From NCBI RefSeq assembly GCF_900100485.1, contig NZ_FNDH01000001.1, positions 41,681-73,680 on the forward strand: a DNA stretch of 32,000 nt. Reading direction: 5' to 3'. Shown here one piece after another: positions 16,370 through 25,265 of this stretch. Position numbers and translations under genes: made by a program. Source of the stretch: Nitrosomonas sp. Nm132. Its GTDB lineage: Bacteria > Pseudomonadota > Gammaproteobacteria > Burkholderiales > Nitrosomonadaceae. Numbering within the stretch: the stretch's first letter is position 1; every line of letters starts with the position of its first letter. The notes under the pieces are model-generated. The model searched no databases, had not been told where the DNA came from, and saw only the letters and a program-made list of their open reading frames with translations.

Positions 16370-18130
16370 ATGCAACTCCGTGTCATTCATTCAATGATCA
16401 TCAGCCTGACCCTGACCGTTGCAAGTGTTTCCAGCGCATTCGCAGAGACTGGCGAGGCGGCTTCGGCCAAAAAATACGAAGCGGCTGCAGGATCTGCAGG
16501 TGGCCACAAGCATGCTGCACCATCCGGTAGAGCGGATAACCCAGGCTCGGATGGTCAGCTTGCGCCAAGTTTGCAGAACCTGGGTTCTCATACATTTCCG
16601 GTCAGTACACGTAACCAATTAGCGCAACAGTACATCAACCAAGGCTTGAATCTCGCTTATGGATTCAACCATGCGGAAGCGCGCCGCGCATTCCGGGAAG
16701 CAGCACGGCTTGACCCCGCGCTGGCTATGGCTTATTGGGGCCAGGCGCTGGTGCTCGGCCCCAACATCAACGCACCCATGGATCCGCAGGATGAAGCGCA
16801 GGCTCTGGAACTCGTTCAAAAGGCTGTAGCAACCGCGGCTGAAGCGTCACCGCGGGAGCGGGCGCTTATCAGCGCGCTCGAGAAGCGCTATACAGGAAAG
16901 CCTGAGCAGCGCGCAGCAAACGACAAAGCCTATGCGGATGCAATGCGGGATGTGCACCAGCGTTTTCCGGACGATGATGATATTGCGACACTCTATATCG
17001 AATCGATGATGAACATCCATCCTTGGGATTATTGGATGCGTGATGGTTATTCGCGAGAAGGAACAACTCAAATCGTCGCACTCACTGAGAAAGTGATACA
17101 GCGCAATCCGCGGCATCCGGGCGCGCTGCATATGTATATTCACCTCGTCGAAGCAACAAATACACCGGAACGCGCAGAAAAGGCGGCTGATACGTTGCTG
17201 ACGCTGATGCCCGCAGCAGGGCACATGATACATATGCCCTCGCACATCTATCTGCGCGTGGGTCGATATGCCGACGCGATGAAGAGCAATCAGCTTGCCA
17301 TTGCTGCGGACGAGAATTACATCGCGCAGAGCCGCGCGCAGGGAATTTATCCGCTGGTCTATTATCCGCATAATCTCCATTTCCTGTCGTTCGCTGCGAC
17401 GATAGATGGCCAAAGCAGGATTGCAATCGAATCAGCACGAGAGGCGGCCAGCAGAATAGACGATGCCACACTAAAAGATTTGCCGCTAACCGCACTGTTC
17501 CGCATGCAGCCATACTGGGCGCTTGCGAGATTCGGGCACTGGCAAGCGATCTTTGATGAACCTGCGCCGCCGTCTACCAACGCATTTCTGAAAGGAAGCT
17601 GGCATTATGTACGCGGCCTCGCATTTGTCGCTACAGGACAATTGCAGCAAGCCGGGCAGGAGCTGGAGGCGTTGCGCGAGATCATGAAAGACTCATCGCT
17701 GGGCGGTCCGCTATTGTCGAAAAATACCCCACGCACCGTGCTAAGCGTCGCGCCTGAAGTGCTCGCAGGCGAAATCGCCGCCGCGCGTGGACAGTTCGAC
17801 CAGGCCATTGCACACCTTGAACGCGCGGTTCGCCTTGAGGATGCCCTAGTGTACACGGAACCATTGGAATTTCACTTTCCACCCCGGCTGGCACTGGGTG
17901 CTATTCTGCTGGAGTCAGGGCGCCCGGACGAAGCGGAAACAGTCTATTGGGAAGACCTGAAGAGGAATCGCAACAACGGCTGGGCGCTTTATGGCTTGAT
18001 GCAGGCGCTACGCGCACAAAAGAAGGATGATCAGGCGGCGCTTATCGAAGCGCGTTTCAAAAAGGCTTGGGCGCGCGCCGATGTGGAACTCAATGCATCC
18101 CGCTTCGGACGTCAAGCTGTAAAGAGGTAA
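16370..18130 (+). CDS. secreted TPR-like repeat protein
   Basis: AAGGAGG RBS. Signal peptide MQLRVIHSMIISLTLTVASVSSAFA|E. All-helical with repeated A/L/Y-rich TPR-like motifs. No further family assignment. Confidence 0.65.
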   Translation: MQLRVIHSMIISLTLTVASVSSAFAETGEAASAKKYEAAAGSAGGHKHAAPSGRADNPGSDGQLAPSLQNLGSHTFPVSTRNQLAQQYINQGLNLAYGFNHAEARRAFREAARLDPALAMAYWGQALVLGPNINAPMDPQDEAQALELVQKAVATAAEASPRERALISALEKRYTGKPEQRAANDKAYADAMRDVHQRFPDDDDIATLYIESMMNIHPWDYWMRDGYSREGTTQIVALTEKVIQRNPRHPGALHMYIHLVEATNTPERAEKAADTLLTLMPAAGHMIHMPSHIYLRVGRYADAMKSNQLAIAADENYIAQSRAQGIYPLVYYPHNLHFLSFAATIDGQSRIAIESAREAASRIDDATLKDLPLTALFRMQPYWALARFGHWQAIFDEPAPPSTNAFLKGSWHYVRGLAFVATGQLQQAGQELEALREIMKDSSLGGPLLSKNTPRTVLSVAPEVLAGEIAAARGQFDQAIAHLERAVRLEDALVYTEPLEFHFPPRLALGAILLESGRPDEAETVYWEDLKRNRNNGWALYGLMQALRAQKKDDQAALIEARFKKAWARADVELNASRFGRQAVKR

Positions 18131-18219
18131 AACCTGTCCACATTTTCAATTCTTCTACCAAGGAAGCCTCTGATAATCTCTCGCTTCGCGGTTCGTTCAG
18201 AGGCTCAGAGGCTTTCTAG

Positions 18220-18381
18220 CCCGAATATTTCATAAATTCGCGTGATGATCACGCAGGATTTTGATTAGTCGGGAAGTTTTGAGAAGGAAGGGTCTAGTGA
18301 TTCATACACCCGACTGAGCAAAATCTTTCTTATTAATCAAAAGACAAGTGAGGACACGTGCCAATTTATGAAATATTCGGG
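18220..18381 (+). mobile_element. 162-bp MITE, copy 1
   Basis: 19-bp perfect terminal inverted repeats CCCGAATATTTCATAAATT / AATTTATGAAATATTCGGG. Internal palindrome GCGTGATGATCACGC. No ORF. Flanked by CTAG on both sides. Confidence 0.85.
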
Positions 18382-18514
18382 CTAGTGTAGCGTCTCTCAA
18401 ATGACTGAGTCATCGTTAGCATAATCGTTTGGATTGGACTCGATCAATCTAGCCTCTAGTAAAACCACGCTGGTTTTCTCGGCTGATACGAAAAAATCAA
18501 ACGCGAGTATAGAA

Positions 18515-19234
18515 TCAGGGGCAGCCCTTGCATCCGTTCGTTTTCACCATGGTAAAAATAGCTTGATCGAGATTCGCCCCACTCAGATCGGCATCGGTTA
18601 GATCGACGCCGGTGAAATCTACCCCCTGTAAATTGGCGTTAACCAGAGAGGCTCCCCGCAAATTGGCTGCGCGCATATTAGCGCCTAGCAGGTTGGCATT
18701 GTTAAGCATAGCGCCGCCGAGTTTGGCGTTAGTGAGATCCGCGTTGGTCAACACGGATCCTGTCAAATTAGCACCGCTCAGATCCGCATTCTGTAGAATG
18801 GCACCTCGCAAATTTGCGCCAACAAGCTGCGCGTCATTGAAGCGCGCTCCCCGGGCATTCGTTTTTACCAGCGAGGCCTGGCTCAAATTGGCTCCACGCA
18901 GTTGAGCACTCGACAAATTCGCTTCATTCAGATTGGCCCCAGTCAGATTCGCCCCGGAAAGCACCGAACGGGTGAACTGGGAATTTGCCAGACTCGCACT
19001 TTGAAGATCGGCGCCATACAGATTCATGTCCACACAAAATGTGCCTCGCCGGATGCTGCACCCATCCACATTGCGCGCCCCTTGGGCAAATGTTTCAGCG
19101 CCGATGAGCAAAAGCAGCAAGAGAAAACTTTTAAAAACTATAATCGATGGCCGAGGGGTACGACGCCCGGCGTGCAGAATACGAGGCTTATCAGATGGAT
19201 GGGCAAGGACCCGGGCGCTACGCAACCCGGTCAT
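18515..19234 (-). CDS. secreted pentapeptide-repeat protein
   Basis: About 35 tandem A(D/N)LxG-type pentapeptides (GANLTGANLNEANLSSAQLRGANLSQASL...). Hydrophobic leader FKSFLLLLLLIGAETFAQG. The start is uncertain: ATG 19234 is chosen, and the listed 19456 start adds 74 implausible residues. Confidence 0.75.
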   Translation of the reverse strand: MTGLRSARVLAHPSDKPRILHAGRRTPRPSIIVFKSFLLLLLLIGAETFAQGARNVDGCSIRRGTFCVDMNLYGADLQSASLANSQFTRSVLSGANLTGANLNEANLSSAQLRGANLSQASLVKTNARGARFNDAQLVGANLRGAILQNADLSGANLTGSVLTNADLTNAKLGGAMLNNANLLGANMRAANLRGASLVNANLQGVDFTGVDLTDADLSGANLDQAIFTMVKTNGCKGCP

Positions 19235-19659
19235 GCGATGACACAGTAGATTTTTCACGATGATCGATAGTGAAACGATTTTTCTTTTGAACATAAGTAT
19301 CAGTGTGACTCCATTGGAAACGCATGGTTTAGGCAGGCTGTTCAAAAAAGATTTAATCTGTGGCTCACGCGCCAAGGCGCTCAAGGCTGCGCCTCCTGGC
19401 AACGCTTCTCGGAGTACTGCATAGACTGGCCGCTTCGAGTCTCGGCATAGGATCATGCAACGTGAGTCCGGCGGAGGTCTTGATATTGATTCTGATCAGC
19501 GCCGCACGGCCGTGCTTGAGAAGCTCCAACCCAGCTACATTCGCAGTAGGGAAATACAAACACCCTTTGCCTACTAGCAGGAATGTACCGAGGATCACCC
19601 ATATTGTCAAACATCCTAAGGAATGATCTAAAAAAGGAATTTTGCCTCACTCATATTAA

Positions 19660-19821
19660 CCCGAATATTTCATAAATTGGCACGTGCCCTCACTTGCCTT
19701 TTGATTAATAAGAAAGATTTTGCTCAGTCGGGCGTATGAATCACTACACCCCTCTTTCTCAAAACTTCCCTATTAATCAAAATCCTGCGTGATCATCACG
19801 CGAATTTATGAAATATTCGGG
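19660..19821 (-). mobile_element. 162-bp MITE, copy 2 (inverted relative to copies 1 and 3)
   Basis: Same TIRs and internal sequence in reverse orientation. Flanked by TTAA on both sides. Confidence 0.85.
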
Positions 19822-20115
19822 TTAAAAAGTACTCTGATGACTCTGGTACATTCAAGCGAATAACGACCAAGGGAAAGAGCCAGCTCAGAAAGGAAAGACG
19901 AAGACAGTGCGTCACCACACAATGAGTCAACGGGATCAAACGCTGAAGTATTTCCACGAATAGATAGTTAACTATCAATCCGTCAGGATTATTTTTAACC
20001 CAAGGGAACCTCCAGGATAACTTGCAAAGGCACTGCCAGGATAATTCGCAGCAAGAGCTTACATTTGACAGATTCCACCAAGCTTGACCCTTTTGATTCC
20101 AGGCTGATGCGGCTT

Positions 20116-21114
20116 TCATGGGGCAGATGCAGGGAGACACGTAACCGGCGTTTCAGCCCCCGGGAAAATGCCCAGCCGTGCGATGCCATCGTTACCGATG
20201 GCGCCGCGATACATGCCGCTGGTATTGAAGCGCATCGCATAATTGCCTGTTGCGTCCAATACAATCAAACCACCATCGCCACCGATGGCGGCGATTTCTG
20301 CCAGCACGTTATCGGCTGCCTCGGCAATCGGCGCGTGCTGCAGCCGCACCTGCGCCGCTGTGTTGAACGCAGCCAAAGTCCGAATAAACATTTCTCCGGT
20401 ACCGGTCGCGGATACCGCAATCGAGCGGTTGTCTGCGTAGGTGCCGGCGCCGATGAGCGGCGAATCACCCACGCGTCCGAAGCGTTTATTGGTAAGCCCG
20501 CCGGTCGAGGTGCCGGCGGCAAGATTGCCGTAACGATCCAATGCTACGGCGCCGACCGTTCCACGCTTTTCATCCCTATCCGGCAGCGATGTAGTCGGGC
20601 CAGCATCGTGATCGCGCAACACATGTTCTTTGGCGATTGCTTTTTGCAACTGGTCCCAGCGGTATTGCGTGTAGAAATAGGATGGATCCACAATCTCCAG
20701 ACCCTGCTCGGCAGCGAAGGCTTCGGCGCCCTCGCCGATCAGCATCACATGCGCGCTTTTCGTCATCACGGCGTGCGCAGCGCGAATCGGGTTACGGATC
20801 GTCGTAACCGCGGCAACAGCCCCTGCCATGAGCGTGGAACCCTCCATAATCGACGCTTCCAGTTCGTTGCGGCCAGCATGACTGAACACCGCGCCTCTGC
20901 CCGCATTGAACAAGGGTGAATCCTCCATCACCCCAATCGCTGCAATCACAGCATCAACGCTGCTGCCGCCAGCTTCCAGCACCGCATAGCCAGCAGCCAA
21001 CGATTGCGCAAGCGCCTGCGTATAAGCTTGCTCGCGTTCCACTGTCAGCCTGCTGCGCGTAATCGCACCGGCGCCACCGTGGATCACCAAGCGAATTGGC
21101 AAAGTATCCGCCAT
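20116..21114 (-). CDS. isoaspartyl peptidase / L-asparaginase (Ntn-hydrolase, plant-type asparaginase family)
   Basis: VIHGGAG near the N-terminus. Autoprocessing/nucleophile motif GTVGAVALD. TSTGG and RVGDSPLIGAGTYAD motifs. Confidence 0.85.
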   Translation of the reverse strand: MADTLPIRLVIHGGAGAITRSRLTVEREQAYTQALAQSLAAGYAVLEAGGSSVDAVIAAIGVMEDSPLFNAGRGAVFSHAGRNELEASIMEGSTLMAGAVAAVTTIRNPIRAAHAVMTKSAHVMLIGEGAEAFAAEQGLEIVDPSYFYTQYRWDQLQKAIAKEHVLRDHDAGPTTSLPDRDEKRGTVGAVALDRYGNLAAGTSTGGLTNKRFGRVGDSPLIGAGTYADNRSIAVSATGTGEMFIRTLAAFNTAAQVRLQHAPIAEAADNVLAEIAAIGGDGGLIVLDATGNYAMRFNTSGMYRGAIGNDGIARLGIFPGAETPVTCLPASAP

Positions 21115-21440
21115 TACCGAATTAGCACCCGCTTTTTCCCAAGGACAAACGCATCGATTGGGTCTTCAATACGCTTAAGCAATTTATAGTGGCGCCTCAT
21201 CTTAAGCTCGCGGCATTATTCATCTAATAATTTTTTTGTAATCAATTTAATAACGCTCCACCAGCCTTCTTTTTCTTAGTTTCCTCAGATTATGGATGCA
21301 TTAAACAAACGCCGCAAAGCGATTGTAAGCCTGCGGGATAGCCTGTAATCTTCTCATAATTTTGTATAATGATGCTGTAAAAAGATTTTCAGCAAGCTGA
21401 TTGAAATCATTGAAATATCATTTGCTACAGGAATTTACGA

Positions 21441-21620
21441 ATGAAGGAAAAACAGATACTGAGCATGGTGGCTTTCCTGATGATACTGCCCCTGCTATCC
21501 GGTTGCTGGACGTTGGTTGCGGCGGGTGCGGGCGCTTATGGAGGGTATAAGATGAAAGAGAATGGCTATACCTTACAAAATCCGGTTACGAAAGAAAAGG
21601 GTAGAAAATCAAGTCAGTAA
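21441..21620 (+). CDS. small lipoprotein (59 aa), not in the ORF track
   Basis: MKEKQILSMVAFLMILPLLSG|CWTLVAAGAGAYGGYKMKENGYTLQNPVTKEKGRKSSQ has a lipobox LLSGC. AGGAA lies ~8 nt upstream. Stop TAA at 21618-21620. Confidence 0.5.
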   Translation: MKEKQILSMVAFLMILPLLSGCWTLVAAGAGAYGGYKMKENGYTLQNPVTKEKGRKSSQ

Positions 21621-21671
21621 GATTTCCAATATTACTACTGGCGAGAAGAGATTAATTATATTGACGCTATC

Positions 21672-22781
21672 ATGAAACGGTGCAGCGTCATCCTCAGCAA
21701 CGGTATAAAGGATTTTCATCCCGCCTATTTTGCCATGGTAATGGCCACCGGTATCATGTCGATTGCTTTTGAAGCCATGACTTTCCCCGGCATAGCGAAG
21801 GCGCTTTTCACGCTGAATCTGATTTTTTATCTGATCTTGTGCACCATCCTGGCTGCGCGGACGGCTTTTTTCCGGCCAGATTTAATGGTGGACTTGAGAA
21901 CTCCGCGGCGTGCAGTACTTTTTCTGACGTTCGTGGTTGGCACCAATACCATCGGCATGCAGCTTGTCACCTTCCAGCAGGCAACGGGATGGGCCATTGG
22001 GTTAGGGCTGGTTGCCCTGATTGGCTGGTTCGGATGTCTCTATTTCATCGCGCTCGATTTTATCGCTATGCAAGGCAAACCCCTGCACGAAATCGTGAAC
22101 GGCGCGACCTTGCTGGTGGTCGTCAGCACCGTATCGATATCCCTGCTGGGAATTCATCTTCTGGATGCAATGGAAGTCCATACCAGCTATGCCTATTTTA
22201 TGGCAGGAAGTTTCTGGGTTGTAGGTTATATTCTGTATCTGCTGATCATAACAATATTGACCTATCGCCTGTTTTTCAGGCGATTTAAACCTGGAGATTG
22301 GGATGCGCCTTACTGGATCTGCATGGGGGCAGCGGCAATCATTGTTCTGGCGGGCTCCGAGCTCGTCATGCGCATGCCTACCCTGCCAGGATGGGAAGAC
22401 ATTCGGCAAACCGTTTTGTGGATGACCGGGGTTGCATGGAGTATGGGAACATTGTGGACTCCCTATCTACTGGTCATGGATATCCGGAAATTCACCCGCG
22501 TGGGGATCACAGCTTCAGCGCCCATGTGGATAAAAACTCTTCCGTGGTCAAGACTGGCGTTTGGCAGGCAATATCATGCCTACGATCCTCCTTCATGGAG
22601 CAGGGTTTTCCCCATGGGGATGTACGCGGCCTGCACACTTTCCCTGGCGAAAGCGACAAGCTTCGGATCGCTGGCGATAATTCCCCAATATTGGGGCTGG
22701 TTTGCGCTGCTGGTCTGGTCTCTGACATTGATTGGCATGCTACGCTTTGTAATTAATATGGTTATGATCTCCCCACATTAA
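21672..22781 (+). CDS. TDT family (TehA/SLAC1-like) anion/dicarboxylate transporter
   Basis: 369 aa with ~10 predicted TM helices. The N-terminal F.PAYFAMVMATGIMSIAF motif is typical of TehA/Mae1 family proteins. Confidence 0.65.
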   Translation: MKRCSVILSNGIKDFHPAYFAMVMATGIMSIAFEAMTFPGIAKALFTLNLIFYLILCTILAARTAFFRPDLMVDLRTPRRAVLFLTFVVGTNTIGMQLVTFQQATGWAIGLGLVALIGWFGCLYFIALDFIAMQGKPLHEIVNGATLLVVVSTVSISLLGIHLLDAMEVHTSYAYFMAGSFWVVGYILYLLIITILTYRLFFRRFKPGDWDAPYWICMGAAAIIVLAGSELVMRMPTLPGWEDIRQTVLWMTGVAWSMGTLWTPYLLVMDIRKFTRVGITASAPMWIKTLPWSRLAFGRQYHAYDPPSWSRVFPMGMYAACTLSLAKATSFGSLAIIPQYWGWFALLVWSLTLIGMLRFVINMVMISPH

Positions 22782-22792
22782 GATGAATTCAC

Positions 22793-23974
22793 ATGTCTAA
22801 TCTTTTCGAGTTGCAGATGAGTAGAACACTTTCATCGTCGTCGCGTTATGGTTGGGTGTGCAGTTTGCTCAGCGTCCTTTTTCTTCTGGGCGGCTGCCAG
22901 TCGTTTCTGACCAGCCAATCGGCATTGCCCACTCCAGCAACCAAGCCGTTACCCATTGCGGTGGCCAGCCATGAATTCAGCTTCGACCCCGTCCGCGAGG
23001 ATGTGGTCGGCACACTGCGAGTCATCACCGTTAACGAAGAGGACACGCTCTCCGATATCGCCCGGCGATTCAACCTAGGTTATGAAGAGATCGTGAACGC
23101 CAACCCCGATGTCGATCCCTGGCTACCGGGAACAGGCACCGAAATCGTGATTCCCACCCAGTTCGTGCTGCCTGACGCACCGCGCAAAGGCATCGTGATC
23201 AATCTCGCGGCGATGCGGTTATTTTATTTTCCGAAGGCAGCGCCTGGCGAGCCGCAGAAGGTCATTACCCATCCGCTTGGTATCGGACGCGTGGAATGGA
23301 AAACACCGGAAGGTACGACCAAAATCGCCTCCAAGAAGGAGAATCCCACCTGGATACCGACACCTTCCATCCGCAAAGAACACGCGAAGAATGGTGATCC
23401 GCTGCCCGCCGTCGTACCGCCCGGCCCGGACAACCCGATGGGCAGCCATGTGCTGAAATTGGCCTGGCCGAACTACGCCATTCACGGCACCGACAAGCCG
23501 CCGAGCATCGGTCTGCGCGGTAGCCACGGCTGTCTGCGCATGTATCCCGAAGACATCGCGCGCATCTACGGCAAGGTCCCGGTTGGCACGCCGGTGCGAG
23601 TGGTGAATCAGCCCCGCCTGCTCGGCTGGCGCGGCCGGGCGCTGTACCTGCAAGCCTACCCCATCCTGGAAGACGACAAGCGCAATCACGATAAGCTGCT
23701 CAAGAAATCGTTGCGCGCCGCGCGCTCAACGCCCAAGGAAAAGCGCAATGCGCAACACCAGGTCCGGATCAACCAAATCTTGTTCAACGAAGTGATTCGC
23801 AGCCCGCGCGCCATAGCCATACCAGTCACACAACCGCATATGACCCTGCAGACCTATCTAGACCGCACCGCGCGCGCGCAGAATACGCTGCCGCTCAACG
23901 CCACCTGGAACGGTGACATGAGCGGACAGCTGACAGCAACCGAAGTGCTGGAAATGGCGGATCAGGAACCGTAG
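22793..23974 (+). CDS. LysM-domain L,D-transpeptidase (YkuD family) lipoprotein
   Basis: Lipobox LLGGC. LysM segment TLSDIARRFNLGYEEIVNANP...GTEIVIP. YkuD catalytic motif YAIHGT......G...SHGCLRM. Confidence 0.85.
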   Translation: MSNLFELQMSRTLSSSSRYGWVCSLLSVLFLLGGCQSFLTSQSALPTPATKPLPIAVASHEFSFDPVREDVVGTLRVITVNEEDTLSDIARRFNLGYEEIVNANPDVDPWLPGTGTEIVIPTQFVLPDAPRKGIVINLAAMRLFYFPKAAPGEPQKVITHPLGIGRVEWKTPEGTTKIASKKENPTWIPTPSIRKEHAKNGDPLPAVVPPGPDNPMGSHVLKLAWPNYAIHGTDKPPSIGLRGSHGCLRMYPEDIARIYGKVPVGTPVRVVNQPRLLGWRGRALYLQAYPILEDDKRNHDKLLKKSLRAARSTPKEKRNAQHQVRINQILFNEVIRSPRAIAIPVTQPHMTLQTYLDRTARAQNTLPLNATWNGDMSGQLTATEVLEMADQEP

Positions 23975-24014
23975 CCGTTCTCGCCACGCAGGATGGGCAA
24001 ATCGTCGCCATTGG

Positions 24015-24176
24015 CCCGAATATTTCATAAATTCGCGTGATGATCACGCAGGATTTTGATTAATAGGGAAGTTTTGAAAAGGAGGGGTATAGTGATTCAT
24101 ACACCCGACTGAGCAAAATCTTTCTTATTAATCAAAAGGCAAGTGAAGACACGTGCCAATTTATGAAATATTCGGG
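24015..24176 (+). mobile_element. 162-bp MITE, copy 3
   Basis: Same TIRs and internal sequence as copy 1, in the same orientation. The flanks (TTGG / CTAG) do not match each other. Confidence 0.85.
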
Positions 24177-24309
24177 CTAGCACTGTTAAACTGATTGCGC
24201 CGATAACGATGAGGAGATTGACTGGCAATATTACTGGGGAAATTGATTGACATTCAAATAACTTGAGAAACGGCCAGGAATGGCTCGTCAAGCCCCTCCA
24301 ATGACAGGA

Positions 24310-24897
24310 CTAACCATGACGTTCGAGCACTTCCGACACGCGCGCTCGAAGGGCAGGAATCAGCTCTTCCTCGAACCACGGATTGCGCTTGAGCCACAGA
24401 TTATTGCGCGGGCTCGGATGAGGAAGGGGAACAATATCAGGCCAGTTCTTCCGCCATGCTCGAACGGTCTCGGTCAGCGATGCTCTTTCGTTTGGCAGGT
24501 GATAGGCTTGTGCGTACTGTCCCAGTACCAGCGTGAATTGGAGATTCTTTAAGTAGGACAGCAATGCCGCCCGCCACGCTAGCGCGCATTCGGGTCGCGG
24601 AGGCAAATCGCCGGATTGGCCTGTTCCGGGAAAGCAGAAACCCATCGGCAGGATGGCTACTTGCCTGGGGTCATAGAACGTTTCGCACGAGATCCCCAAC
24701 CATGCGCGCAGCCTGTCACCGCTTGGATCATTGAACGGAATGCCCGTTTCGTGCACCCTCTTGCCTGGTGCCTGCCCTGCAATCAAGATGCGAGCCGACT
24801 CATGCACCTGGAAGACCGGACGCGGACCAAGCGGCAAATGTTCAGCGCAAAGCGTGCAGGCACGCACATCATTGATCAGCGAGGTGAAGGAAGTCAT
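24310..24897 (-). CDS. uracil-DNA glycosylase superfamily protein
   Basis: C.LC cysteine pair near the N-terminus. Motif A-like GQAPG followed by G.PF.D.SG..L. Motif B-like PLPHPSPRN. Confidence 0.7.
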   Translation of the reverse strand: MTSFTSLINDVRACTLCAEHLPLGPRPVFQVHESARILIAGQAPGKRVHETGIPFNDPSGDRLRAWLGISCETFYDPRQVAILPMGFCFPGTGQSGDLPPRPECALAWRAALLSYLKNLQFTLVLGQYAQAYHLPNERASLTETVRAWRKNWPDIVPLPHPSPRNNLWLKRNPWFEEELIPALRARVSEVLERHG

Positions 24898-24956
24898 GTC
24901 ATGCGAGTCTGATGGCTAACACCATGTTAAGCGACCATCGGCCGATAGTATTTGAT

Positions 24957-25190
24957 TCACGCGAAGTTCTTCCTCCCAGGGGCGTTGCTTTTTAGCACCC
25001 AAGATAATTGGTGCCCCCCCTCTAATCCATGCTCATCAGCATTCTCATATAAGGCAGCGCCCTCAATCGTCAATTCCAAGCTGGCAAAATGGACTGGATT
25101 ATTCCTGCCAAATTCATACAGCACCCACTTACCCGCACCGTCCTTGCGGAAGATTTCTGTTTTTCGTCGGAAGGAAACTGCCGGTATTTC
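24957..25190 (-). pseudogene. 3' fragment of an Uma2 (DUF820)-like endonuclease gene, 5' part missing
   Basis: Stop-to-stop minus-strand frame EIPAVSFRRKTEIFRKDGAGKWVLYEFGRNNPVHFASLELTIEGAALYENA... resembles Uma2 C-termini (..VY.R...g.W....y......l.L.S....l.l.eiYe..). It has no start codon, and the frame closes 17 bp before hairpin repeat H1. Confidence 0.45.
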
Positions 25191-25207
25191 TCAAATTTAT
25201 TTCCTCC

Positions 25208-25265
25208 GTAAGAAGGGACAGGTCTATATTTAATATCATAAAATATAGACCTGTCCCCAACAATG
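25208..25265 (+). repeat. 58-bp hairpin repeat H1
   Basis: GTAAGAAG-GGGACAGGTCTATATTT-aatatcata-AAATATAGACCTGTCCC-CAACAATG. The stem is a 17-bp perfect match. Confidence 0.9.

Noticed and set aside
16847-17413. 188-aa minus-strand ORF, plus the 17082-17513 and other antisense ORFs
   Set aside because: They are antisense to the 586-aa TPR protein gene, which has a strong RBS and a signal peptide.
18166-18217. Terminator after the TPR gene (GCCTCTG...CAGAGGC, twice, then TTTCT)
   Set aside because: The loop is 25 nt or more and the T-tract is weak, so I am not confident enough to list it as a feature.
19796-20140. 114-aa minus-strand ORF (and likewise 24097-24291)
   Set aside because: Both start or run inside MITE copies and continue into intergenic DNA, so they are artefacts of the repeat sequence.
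20065-20919. 284-aa + strand ORF
   Set aside because: It is antisense to the isoaspartyl peptidase gene, which has clear catalytic motifs. The composition is Arg/Ala-rich and shadow-like.
21365-21370. Perfect TATAAT ~70 nt upstream of the small lipoprotein gene as a promoter
   Set aside because: There is no acceptable -35 at 16-19 nt, and the adjacent TG is one position off for an extended -10. It is plausible but unsupported.
24952-25233. 93-aa + strand ORF
   Set aside because: It is antisense to the Uma2-like fragment and terminates inside hairpin H1. The minus-strand frame carries the recognisable similarity.
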